A DNA stretch of 64,000 nucleotides from positions 4,128,001-4,192,000 of the forward strand of contig CBDCDC010000002.1 of the NCBI GenBank assembly GCA_965215195.1, given 5' to 3'. This document shows, one piece after another, positions 17,933 to 26,537 of this stretch. Each line of letters opens with the position of its first letter. The stretch's first letter is position 1. The notes under the pieces are model-generated. The model ran no database searches, was not told the origin of the DNA, and was given only the letters and a program-made list of their open reading frames with translations. The position numbers and the translations under genes are program-made. This DNA comes from Candidatus Latescibacterota bacterium. Its GTDB lineage: Bacteria; Latescibacterota; UBA2968; UBA8231.

Positions 17933-19162
17933 ATGACCGTTCTCGAACCCCTCTTCGCCGGCTTGGGCCAGCTTAGGGCGCACAAGTTGCGCTCGCTGCT
18001 GACCCTGTTGGGCATTGTCATTGGCGTGGCGGCCATCATTGCTGTGGTGTCGCTGGGGGAGGGATTGCGCCGCCAAGTGATCTCGCAGTTCATCTTCAGC
18101 GGCGGCGCGGGCATGATCGAGGTGGAGCCGCCGCGCCAGTGGGTGCGCAAGGATGGCCGCTGGGTGCGCCGCCCGTGGCAGGAGCACCTGACCGCGGCCG
18201 ACATGGCGGCCATGCAGCGAGAGATTGACGAGCTACACGCCCTCGTGCCCAAAGTCGGGGGCAGCGCCTCGCTACAGCGCGGCAAAACCACCGTGCAGAC
18301 GAGCTATACGGGCACTTCCGCTGCGTTCACCGAGGGCTTTAACTGGCCCTTGACCAGCGGCCGACCCCTAAGTGCGGACGACTTGCGCCTCGCCCGCAAG
18401 GTCTGCCTGATCGGCGGTGATGTGCATAAAGACCTCTTTCAGGAGGCCGATCCGCTGGGCGAGGAGATCCTGCTCAACGGCGACCGCTACGTGGTCGTTG
18501 GCGTGCTCGCCGCGCGCGTCCGCTTTGGCAGAAGCGAGGGCAATATAGTGCTGGTCCCATACACCACGGCGCAAAAGCGGCTGCAGGGCGTGGATCACTT
18601 CTCGGAACTCACGCTCTTCGTCGAGGACTTGGAGGCCGTTGAGCGGGTCGTCGCTGGGGTGCGCCGCGTCCTCCGGCGACACCACGAGCACGGCGACGCC
18701 TTTGAGATAGAAACCAGCGAGGGGCAGATCGACAACGCCAATGAGTTCTTTCGCGTCTTGCAGCAAGTGGGCGGGGGGATTGCGGGGATTTCGCTTTTGG
18801 TCGGCGGTATTGGCATTATGAACATCTTGCTGGTGTCGGTGGCCGAGCGCACCCGCGAAATTGGCATCCGCAAGGCCCTTGGTGCCAAGCCGCGCCACAT
18901 CCTCGGCCAATTCCTCGCCGAGGCCGTAGTCTTGAGCATGGTCGGCGGCCTGTTGGGCATCCTCTGCGGCTTCAGCTTGGGCTTGGGGGCGGCCTTCGTC
19001 ATTCAGCAGTTCGCGCCCGGCTCGCCTTTTACCAGCATTGTCTCGGCTGAGTCCGTGCTCTGGGCCGTGGGCTTTTCCTCGGGCGTCGGCATCTTCTTCG
19101 GCGTCTATCCCGCCTTTCGCGCTGCCCGGCTCAACCCGGTAGAGGCGCTGCGCCGCACGTGA
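17933..19162 (+). CDS. MacB/FtsX-family ABC permease
   Basis: [58 protein letters not shown]. Confidence 0.93.
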   Translation: MTVLEPLFAGLGQLRAHKLRSLLTLLGIVIGVAAIIAVVSLGEGLRRQVISQFIFSGGAGMIEVEPPRQWVRKDGRWVRRPWQEHLTAADMAAMQREIDELHALVPKVGGSASLQRGKTTVQTSYTGTSAAFTEGFNWPLTSGRPLSADDLRLARKVCLIGGDVHKDLFQEADPLGEEILLNGDRYVVVGVLAARVRFGRSEGNIVLVPYTTAQKRLQGVDHFSELTLFVEDLEAVERVVAGVRRVLRRHHEHGDAFEIETSEGQIDNANEFFRVLQQVGGGIAGISLLVGGIGIMNILLVSVAERTREIGIRKALGAKPRHILGQFLAEAVVLSMVGGLLGILCGFSLGLGAAFVIQQFAPGSPFTSIVSAESVLWAVGFSSGVGIFFGVYPAFRAARLNPVEALRRT

Positions 19163-20382
19163 TCTTTTTCGAAGCCATCCGCATTGCCCTCGGGCAAATA
19201 TGGGTCAACAAGCTGCGCACAGCCCTGACCTTGCTGGGCATGATGATTGGGGTCGGCGCGGTCGTGGGCATCGTGTCCATTGGCGAGGGGATGCGGCAGT
19301 TTGTCATTGACGAGTTCGGCAAATTAGGCGGGGCGCAGTTTGTGATGATTACGCCGCAATACATGCAGCTCAAGGACGGCCGCTGGGTGCCCAATCCCCG
19401 CTATAAGCCCTTGACCATGGACGACTTGCGCGTGGTCGAGCAAGCCTCTGACCGCTTGGCGGCGGTCCTGCCCTCTATGATGCATGGCGCCAATCTGCGC
19501 CATCGCAAGGCCAGCTACCAGAGCCGGGCGGCCGGGACCTTGCCCGAGTTCGCCGAGGTGTACAACTGGCAGGTGGCCGAGGGTCGCTTCCTGATCAACG
19601 CCGACTTAGACAAATTGCGCCGGGTCTGCGTGATTGGGGAAAAGGTGCGCGAGGAAGTGTTTGGCTTGGCCCCCTTTTTGGGCCGCGAGCTCAAGCTCAA
19701 CGGCCAGCGTTTTACGGTAGTAGGCCTCATGGAGGATCGCCAGATCTTTGGCGAGGACTGGGGAGACCAAGTGCTGGTGCCGGTGACGACGGCCCAGCGA
19801 CGCCTCGCCGGCAACAAATTCATCCAAGCCTTGGTAGCCCACGCCGAGGAGCGCGAAGACGTGCCCCACATTACCGCTGCCATTGAAAAGGCACTCAAAA
19901 AGCGCCACGGCCCGGAGGCTAATTATCAAATCATCAGCGGCCACAGCATCCTAGAGCAGGTCGAGCAGACCATTTTGCTGTTGAAGTTGGTCGTGGGTGG
20001 GATTGCGGGGATTTCGCTTTTGGTCGGCGGCATTGGCATTATGAACATCTTGCTGGTGTCGGTGGCCGAGCGCACCCGCGAGATTGGCATCCGCAAGGCC
20101 CTCGGCGCCAAGCCGGTGACTTTGTTGTGGCAGTTCGTGATAGAGGCGATGGCCCTGAGCTTGACGGGAGGAGCACTCGGGGTGGCAGCGGGCTATGGGT
20201 TGGGCGAGGGCATTGCGCGCGTCATTTCCCATTACAGCGAATTGGACTTTCCCAGCATTGTCTCGCCGGAGGCCACCCTGCTGGTGCTGGCCCTGTCCAT
20301 CGCGATTGGCCTTTTCTTTGGCATCTATCCGGCCGCCCGCGCCTCGCGGCTCGATCCGGTGGATGCATTGCGCTCGGAGTGA
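19159..20382 (+). CDS. MacB/FtsX-family ABC permease (second)
   Basis: Same motifs; GTGA overlap with the previous stop. Confidence 0.93.
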   Translation: MIFFEAIRIALGQIWVNKLRTALTLLGMMIGVGAVVGIVSIGEGMRQFVIDEFGKLGGAQFVMITPQYMQLKDGRWVPNPRYKPLTMDDLRVVEQASDRLAAVLPSMMHGANLRHRKASYQSRAAGTLPEFAEVYNWQVAEGRFLINADLDKLRRVCVIGEKVREEVFGLAPFLGRELKLNGQRFTVVGLMEDRQIFGEDWGDQVLVPVTTAQRRLAGNKFIQALVAHAEEREDVPHITAAIEKALKKRHGPEANYQIISGHSILEQVEQTILLLKLVVGGIAGISLLVGGIGIMNILLVSVAERTREIGIRKALGAKPVTLLWQFVIEAMALSLTGGALGVAAGYGLGEGIARVISHYSELDFPSIVSPEATLLVLALSIAIGLFFGIYPAARASRLDPVDALRSE

Positions 20383-20386
20383 TCTC

Positions 20387-21067
20387 GTGCTGATCGAACT
20401 GAACGGCATTAGCAAGGTGTACGTGCGCGGCACCGAAGAAGTGCATGCCCTGCGCTCGGTGGATTTGGCGATTGAGTCCAACGAATACGTCGCCCTGATG
20501 GGGCCTTCTGGATCGGGCAAATCCACCCTGATGAACATCCTCGGCTGCCTCGACTCGCCCACGGATGGGACGTATTGCTTGGCCGGCGCGGATGTGTCGC
20601 GCATGAATGCCAACGAGTTGGCCGAAGTGCGCAACAGCCGCGTTGGCTTCATCTTCCAGACCTTCAACCTGCTGCCGCGTGCGTCGGCCCTGCAAAACGT
20701 TGAGCTGCCCCTGATCTACAACGGCCAACGCCGCAAGGTGCGCCGCGCCCGGGCGATGCAGGCGCTGGAGCGGGTTGGCTTGGCCGAGCGCATGACGCAC
20801 CGCCCGGCCGAGCTGTCCGGCGGGCAATGTCAGCGGGTGGCCATTGCCCGCGCCTTAGCCAACGGGCCTTCGCTGCTGCTGGCCGACGAGCCGACCGGCA
20901 ACCTCGACTCGCAGACGGGCGAGGAAATCATGCTCCTCTTCGACGCTTTGCACGACGAGGGCAACACCGTGCTTTTGGTGACCCACGATCCGGTTATTGC
21001 CCTGCAGGCCAAGCGGCTAATCCGCATCCACGATGGCCGCATCGCTTCCGACGAGAAGCTGGCGTAG
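20387..21067 (+). CDS. MacB/LolD-type ABC ATP-binding subunit
   Basis: [31 protein letters not shown]; GTG start at 20387. Confidence 0.92.
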   Translation: MLIELNGISKVYVRGTEEVHALRSVDLAIESNEYVALMGPSGSGKSTLMNILGCLDSPTDGTYCLAGADVSRMNANELAEVRNSRVGFIFQTFNLLPRASALQNVELPLIYNGQRRKVRRARAMQALERVGLAERMTHRPAELSGGQCQRVAIARALANGPSLLLADEPTGNLDSQTGEEIMLLFDALHDEGNTVLLVTHDPVIALQAKRLIRIHDGRIASDEKLA

Positions 21068-21111
21068 GGACGCCACTGCCATTTCTCATTTCTATAAAAA
21101 GGAATACCGCC

Positions 21112-21991
21112 ATGTTCGTCGTCCGCGCATTCGCATCAATCGCCTTCGCCCTCCTCCCCCTCTCTGCGCAAGCCCAGATCACCCTCTCCCCCGACGATTT
21201 ACGCCTGTCTTTGGGCATGACTTGGGAACAAGAAATCGCCACAGTCATCAGCGGCCTAGAGGACTCCGGCTTCGACATAGGCTCTGCCGGTGCCGATCAG
21301 GCTTTTGACCTCACCGGCCCTATCGCCAACAGCATACTCACCTTCGTCCGCAGTTCTGGAGCAGGCCCCGGACGCTGCTAGCTTCTCCGACGCCGATTAC
21401 GCCGTCCACAACATTATTACTGCGCCCAATGCCATTGGCGGAACGGACGAGATTGAGACATACGACTACTTCCAGCGCAGTGCGGCCGGCGATGTTCCCG
21501 TCGGTGCCGCAGGACCGGCCGGCCAAGTAGCCTTCCCGCTTGTCGATACGGGAACGCCTTGGCCGCTAGAATTCGGCAAAAGCTGGACGGTTGAAAATTT
21601 TTCCTTGGACTTGCCCCTAGCACCGGAGGTGACAACCTCCGGCCTGTACGATTTCCAGTACGCGGTTGATGCGTGGGGCGAGATTCGGCTACCGGCGGGC
21701 ACCTTCGAGTGCCTGCGCCTCCACCAGACCGGCACCGGCGTCATTACCTTCGCGGGCGACGAGCAGCTCGCGTCTTTGGGTGAAATGACCGCCGAGATAG
21801 ACGCCTATGGTTGGTATGTCCGTGGGATTGGCAGCGTCGCCGTAGTTGTAGAGACCAAGCAGACTTTCGCCAGCGGCACCATCCCGCCGACTACGACCAC
21901 CCAAATTGCCCGCCTCACCGAAATGTCCAGCCCGGCCAGCGCGATAGCGGACGAAAGTTGGGGAGCACTCAAGCAAAAGTTTGCCGAATAG
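21112..21991 (+). pseudogene. Secreted protein with a C-terminal SWGALK motif, frameshifted near 21350
   Basis: Signal peptide MFVVRAFASIAFALLPLSAQA in one frame; the body (DAWGEIRLPAGTFECLR...ESWGALKQKF) is in another. Confidence 0.65.
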
Positions 21992-22034
21992 ATCGATTTA
22001 CCAGCCTCAAACGACTCTAAACCAAGGATTAGAC

Positions 22035-22454
22035 ATGAAAAAAATGCTTGCAGTTCTAACCCTCGTATCTCTTTTCGGACTCGGATGTAGAGATGATGCA
22101 CGTATAGCTTCTCGAAATCTTTCAAAAGCCGCAGACAATTTCGAGATCAATCGTCGCATCGTATTCTACAACGGGATAACCGACCAGTACATGCTGACGA
22201 TTGAAGGCCGTTGTTCCATCCGTGACGCCAACCGCCAATTAGAAGTAACCTGCAAGACCAGCGACCACGCCTACTCAAAACACTTCCTCGGCCTTAGCGA
22301 TAATGTCACCTACTTCGCCGAGCAACTCGAAACTGTTGATGTCAGCGTGTACCATCACCGCATCACCTTCAAGCCCCAAGAAATCATCCCGGATATAGAT
22401 CTCCGCGGCAGCACGGAAGAGTTGCTGGAAAACGCTTCCGAATTCAATCAGTAA
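22035..22454 (+). CDS. Small lipoprotein resembling a family common in phages
   Basis: Lipobox GLGC; ASRNLSKAADNFEINRRIVFYNGITD.YMLTIEGRCS pattern (recalled, not searched). Confidence 0.7.
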   Translation: MKKMLAVLTLVSLFGLGCRDDARIASRNLSKAADNFEINRRIVFYNGITDQYMLTIEGRCSIRDANRQLEVTCKTSDHAYSKHFLGLSDNVTYFAEQLETVDVSVYHHRITFKPQEIIPDIDLRGSTEELLENASEFNQ

Positions 22455-22485
22455 CCAAACCCCTAGGTTAGGGTCCCCGACACGG

Positions 22486-22905
22486 TTGGGCTTGCAACAA
22501 ATAGACCGCAACCCAGGCGAGAGTGCGCTCCTGGATGCGCTGTTGCCGGCGTGTTGGGTGCTTGATTTGGAGATGCGAAAACGAAGATTCGCCCCTACAA
22601 CACGCTTCTGTGCGACCGAGTACAAGCCTACGAAGCCCGATCTGTCCGACAAAGCGGCAGAGGCTTCTCGGACGTTGGTTGCCGTCAACCCGGCCTATAC
22701 CTCGCAAGATTGTTCCCGATGTGGGCATCGGCTTCGCAAGGCGTTGTTTCTGCGTGAACATGATTGTCCTTGCTGTGGGTTGAACATGGACCGAGACGAA
22801 AACGCCGCTCGCAACATTTTGAGACTGGGATTGCAGTCTCAGGGGATCCCTGAGCATTTACGTTGAGCCTGCCGAAACGTGTCGAAGGGGACTCCCCAAG
22901 AAGCT
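22486..22905 (+). pseudogene. tnpB: Degenerate IS200/IS605 tnpB remnant with a partial right end
   Basis: VNPAYTSQDCSRCG...CPCCGLNMDRDENAARNIL Zn finger and RuvC-III; most of the gene is missing. Confidence 0.8.
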
Positions 22906-22931
22906 GACTGATGTATCGGTCAGAGCAATCA

Positions 22932-23330
22932 CTATTGCCACTTTGTTTGCACGTGTGGATAGGCGCGCAGCCGTTGGTCGGTGCTGATCAGCACCAGACT
23001 GTGCATCCGCGCTGTGGCGACGATCATTTGGTCGGCTGGGTCTTTGTGGAAGGGACTAGGCAAATGCGCCGATTCGAGGGCTATATCCACCGAAAGGGGC
23101 AGAAGCTCTATAAACGGGGCTTGGGTGGCGCGCTCAACCCACTGGCGCACAGGTATAGATAAATGCAAAAGCCCCTTAGACTCTTTTTTTGCCACTTCCC
23201 AAGGACTGATCGCCGCTAGCCCAAAGGGCAGGTGATCCGGCTCCAGCAGCAGCACTCTTATCGGGTCGGGCAGTTTTTCCGGTGCCTCCAAGGCCCAGAG
23301 CCACGCATGGGTGTCGAGCAAGTATTTCAC
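22932..23330 (-). CDS. vapC: VapC PIN toxin
   Basis: YLLDTHAWLW, SPWEVA, HKDPADQMIVATA; GTGA overlap with the antitoxin. Confidence 0.9.
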   Translation of the reverse strand: MKYLLDTHAWLWALEAPEKLPDPIRVLLLEPDHLPFGLAAISPWEVAKKESKGLLHLSIPVRQWVERATQAPFIELLPLSVDIALESAHLPSPFHKDPADQMIVATARMHSLVLISTDQRLRAYPHVQTKWQ

Positions 23331-23566
23331 TGGCACGCTTCCCAATCATCCTCGCCGAGAGGCTCATCCCAACCGGGCTGGTACGCGACCGTACCGCGGA
23401 GCGAGCCGAAGAAGGATTCGGGATCGGGTTTGGCCTCCGGCTCAGGGGGGACGAGGCGCGCCACGACCTTGCCGCGGTTGGTCAGCTCCACGGTTTTGTA
23501 TTTGGTGCCGACTTCGCGCACGACTTGGGTGCATTTGGCTTTGAAATCGCTGATGGATATCTGCAT
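23327..23566 (-). CDS. Phd/YefM-family antitoxin
   Basis: ISISDFKAK...VELTNRGKVVARLVP...FGSLRG. Confidence 0.88.
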   Translation of the reverse strand: MQISISDFKAKCTQVVREVGTKYKTVELTNRGKVVARLVPPEPEAKPDPESFFGSLRGTVAYQPGWDEPLGEDDWEACQ

Positions 23567-23583
23567 GGTCTCAACTCGCGACT

Positions 23584-23633
23584 ATATGGTCATTTTATAT
23601 GACCATATTAAACGTTGTGCTTCTTTTTGTCAA
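23584..23633 (-). promoter_or_regulatory. Sigma70 promoter and palindromic operator of the phd-vapC operon
   Basis: Minus-strand TTGACA-N17-TAATAT; perfect inverted repeat ATATGGTCAT-N5-ATGACCATAT at 23584-23608. Confidence 0.75.
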
Positions 23634-23671
23634 TGAGGCCGTATTTAGCCAGAAGAATGGGTTCCGCCCCG

Positions 23672-24952
23672 CTACACATTCGCCGGCCGCGGCCCGCCCG
23701 TCGCCCAATCTAGCAGCTCGACCGTGTGGACGACCGGCACCTCGGCGCGGGCGGCGATTTGCTCCATGCAGCCGATATTGCCCGCCGCCACAATCTGCGG
23801 CGCAACGCGGGCAATGTGCTCAGCTTTGTGCGCTTGCAGCTTTTGCGCCAAGTGGGGCCGCAGCATGTTGTAAGTACCCGCGCTGCCACAGCATATATGG
23901 CCCTCGGGCACCTCGACGACCTCAAAGCCCGCCGCCCGCAGCAGTTGTCGCGGCGGCTCGGTGACGTGCAGGCCGTGTTGGAGCGAACAGGCATCGTGAT
24001 ACGCCACCTTCAGGGCCGGCGCGTGATTGGCCGCGCCCAACCCCAACTGCGCCACCACCTCGGAAACGTCCCGCACCCGCTCCACCACGGCTTTGGCCTT
24101 GTCGGCCCACTGGGGATCGCGGCGAAAGATGTGATCGTATTCTTTGATGGCCGTGCCACACCCCGAGGTGTTGAGCACAATCGCGTCCAAGCCCGCTTTT
24201 AGCTCGCGATGCCAAACCGCAATGGCGCACTGCATCAGCTTGAGGCTGCGCCGACGCTCGCCCATGTGGAAAGTCAGCGCGCCGCAACAGCCCAGATCCG
24301 GCGGAATGACCACCTCGGCCCCCAACCGAGTCAGCAGCCGCACGGTCGCGTCGTTGATCTGCGGCCCCAATACCTGTTGGACGCATCCGGTGAGCAGGGC
24401 CACGCGCAACCGACGTGTGCCCTCGGCTGGCACGACTCCGGGCCGGGCCACAGCGGCTGGCGGCGGCAACCGCTTGGGGGCCATGGCCAACAGGGGCCGC
24501 ATGGCGCGGGGCATCAGGCCGGAGAACGCGCGGCCCAACCCAGACATTTTGAGCGCCAAGCGCGTGCGGCCGGGATAGGGCAGCAGTCGCGTCAGCAGGG
24601 CGCGCAGCAAGCGGTCGGCCAAGGGCCGCTTGACGAGCTGGTCCAGCCGCGGCCGGGCCGTCTCCAAGAGGCGCGAATAATCCACGCCGCTCGGGCAGGT
24701 GGTCTCGCACGCGAGGCAGCCGAGGCAGTTGTCGATGTGTTCGAGCGTCTGCTGGCTCGGGGGGATGCTTTCTTCGAGGATGCTTTTGATGAGGTAAATG
24801 CGGCCGCGCGGGCCTTCGAGTTCGTTGCCGGTGAGCAGGTAGGTGGGGCAGGTGGCATTGCAAAAGCCGCAGTGGACGCAGGCGCGCAAGACCTTTTCGG
24901 ACGCTTCAACCTCCGGGTCTTGCAGCAGATGGGGGGGAATGTTCGTGCGCAT
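23672..24952 (-). CDS. glcF: Glycolate oxidase iron-sulfur subunit
   Basis: CVHCGFCNATCPTY, CLGCLACETTCPSGV and two CCG domains. Confidence 0.92.
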   Translation of the reverse strand: MRTNIPPHLLQDPEVEASEKVLRACVHCGFCNATCPTYLLTGNELEGPRGRIYLIKSILEESIPPSQQTLEHIDNCLGCLACETTCPSGVDYSRLLETARPRLDQLVKRPLADRLLRALLTRLLPYPGRTRLALKMSGLGRAFSGLMPRAMRPLLAMAPKRLPPPAAVARPGVVPAEGTRRLRVALLTGCVQQVLGPQINDATVRLLTRLGAEVVIPPDLGCCGALTFHMGERRRSLKLMQCAIAVWHRELKAGLDAIVLNTSGCGTAIKEYDHIFRRDPQWADKAKAVVERVRDVSEVVAQLGLGAANHAPALKVAYHDACSLQHGLHVTEPPRQLLRAAGFEVVEVPEGHICCGSAGTYNMLRPHLAQKLQAHKAEHIARVAPQIVAAGNIGCMEQIAARAEVPVVHTVELLDWATGGPRPANV

Positions 24953-24953
24953 G

Positions 24954-25424
24954 TCAGCTCAGTTCGCCCCGCAGCCAGCGCACTAGGGCCTTGTCGGGTG
25001 CGCCAATCTCGGCGAGCGACGTGTAGTAGTAGGCTTCCCAGCCGTCTTTTGGCAGGCCGGTAAACAGCATCAGGTTCAGGGGGTAGTTCTCGGAATCCGT
25101 GCAGCGGCGGAAGTCGTCGCGGAAGAGAAAGGTCGGCTTGCCGAGGGCAATGGCCGCCCCCAACTCAACCATCACCCCCTCGTCCGGGGGCGTCCCATTG
25201 ACAATGGCGAAGATCGCGTCGGCCTCGACCACGTCGCGCAGATCGGCTTGGCCGACTGTGTACGCCCAGCCCGGCGCGGAAAAATCGACTTGGTTGTTGC
25301 GGGCAAAAGGCTCCCAGACTTCAGCCCCTAGGGCCTCTAAGGCGGCCACGAACTGCGGCAGGAGCTGCTCCTTCCAGTGGGGCGAGAATCCATAGGGGCT
25401 GGCGAGATAGAGGGTCTTTTTCAT
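24954..25424 (-). CDS. Nucleoside 2-deoxyribosyltransferase family protein
   Basis: YLASPYGFS, DEGVMVELGAAIALGKP, NLML. Confidence 0.85.
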   Translation of the reverse strand: MKKTLYLASPYGFSPHWKEQLLPQFVAALEALGAEVWEPFARNNQVDFSAPGWAYTVGQADLRDVVEADAIFAIVNGTPPDEGVMVELGAAIALGKPTFLFRDDFRRCTDSENYPLNLMLFTGLPKDGWEAYYYTSLAEIGAPDKALVRWLRGELS

Positions 25425-25502
25425 TATGCGCTCCGGTGGTGGCCTTATATTCTACATATCGGCCGTGCAAAGCAAATGCCCATTAGCGAAACGAGCGTCG
25501 CC

Positions 25503-26537
25503 ATGGCAAAGCCATCCCCCACCCTCCGCGAAAACACCCCACTCGCCCCCCTCACCACCATGGGCCTCGGCGGGCCGGCGCGCTACTTGGCCGAGTGCGC
25601 CTCCCTAGCCGAGATGCGCGCCTGCTTGAGGTGGGCGGCGGCCGAGGGCCGGCCCGTGCAAGTGCTCGGCGGCGGCAGCAACGTGCTCTTTGCCGACGCC
25701 GGCTACAGCGGCTTGGTGCTCAAAGTGGGACTGCGCGGCGTGGCGTTCACTGGCGCGACCGTCGAGGTCGCGGCCGGCGAGGATTGGGATGGCTTTGTGC
25801 AGTGCTGCGTGGAGCGCGGCTTGGCCGGCGTGGAGTGCCTTTCGGGCATCCCCGGGTCCGTGGGCGCGACGCCCATCCAAAACGTAGGCGCGTATGGCCA
25901 AGAAGTAAAAGACACCATCGCAAAAGTGCGCGCGCTCGACCGGCAGACCTTGGAAGAAATTGCGTTTGCCCCGGCCGAATGCGGCTTTGCCTACCGCCAG
26001 AGCCGCTTTAAGGGGGCCGACCGCGACCGCTTTATTGTGACCTCGGTGACGTATCGCTTGGATGCCAGCGGCCAGCCGCAAATCCGCTACCCGGAGCTGC
26101 GCCGGCACGTGCCCGACGCCCGCCCGACCTTGGCTACCGTGCGCGATGCTGTGCTCGCGCTCCGCCGCCGCAAGTCCATGGTCATCGACCCGCAAGACCC
26201 CAACTCCCGCTCGGTCGGCTCCTTCTTCTTAAATCCAGTCATCGACGCCGCAGCTTTTGCCGCATTAAAGGACCGCTATCCCAGCGTCCCGCACTTTCCC
26301 GATTCGGCTGGCGTCAAGGTGCCGGCCGCTTGGCTCGTGGAGCAAGCGGGCTTTCACAAGGGCCTGCAAAGGGGTGCCGTCGGCATCTCAGAGCGACACG
26401 CGCTGGCCCTAGTCAATCGCGGCGGCACGACCCGCGAAGTCCTCGCCTTGGCCGGTGAGATTCGCGACGCGGTAGAGCACACCTTTGGCATTCGGCTGGA
26501 GCGGGAGCCGGTGTTGGTGGAGAAGGGCGGAGGATGA
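25503..26537 (+). CDS. murB: UDP-N-acetylmuramate dehydrogenase
   Basis: GGGSNVL, GIPGSVGATPIQNVGAYGQE, GSFFLNP, HALALVN, LEREP. Confidence 0.95.
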   Translation: MAKPSPTLRENTPLAPLTTMGLGGPARYLAECASLAEMRACLRWAAAEGRPVQVLGGGSNVLFADAGYSGLVLKVGLRGVAFTGATVEVAAGEDWDGFVQCCVERGLAGVECLSGIPGSVGATPIQNVGAYGQEVKDTIAKVRALDRQTLEEIAFAPAECGFAYRQSRFKGADRDRFIVTSVTYRLDASGQPQIRYPELRRHVPDARPTLATVRDAVLALRRRKSMVIDPQDPNSRSVGSFFLNPVIDAAAFAALKDRYPSVPHFPDSAGVKVPAAWLVEQAGFHKGLQRGAVGISERHALALVNRGGTTREVLALAGEIRDAVEHTFGIRLEREPVLVEKGGG

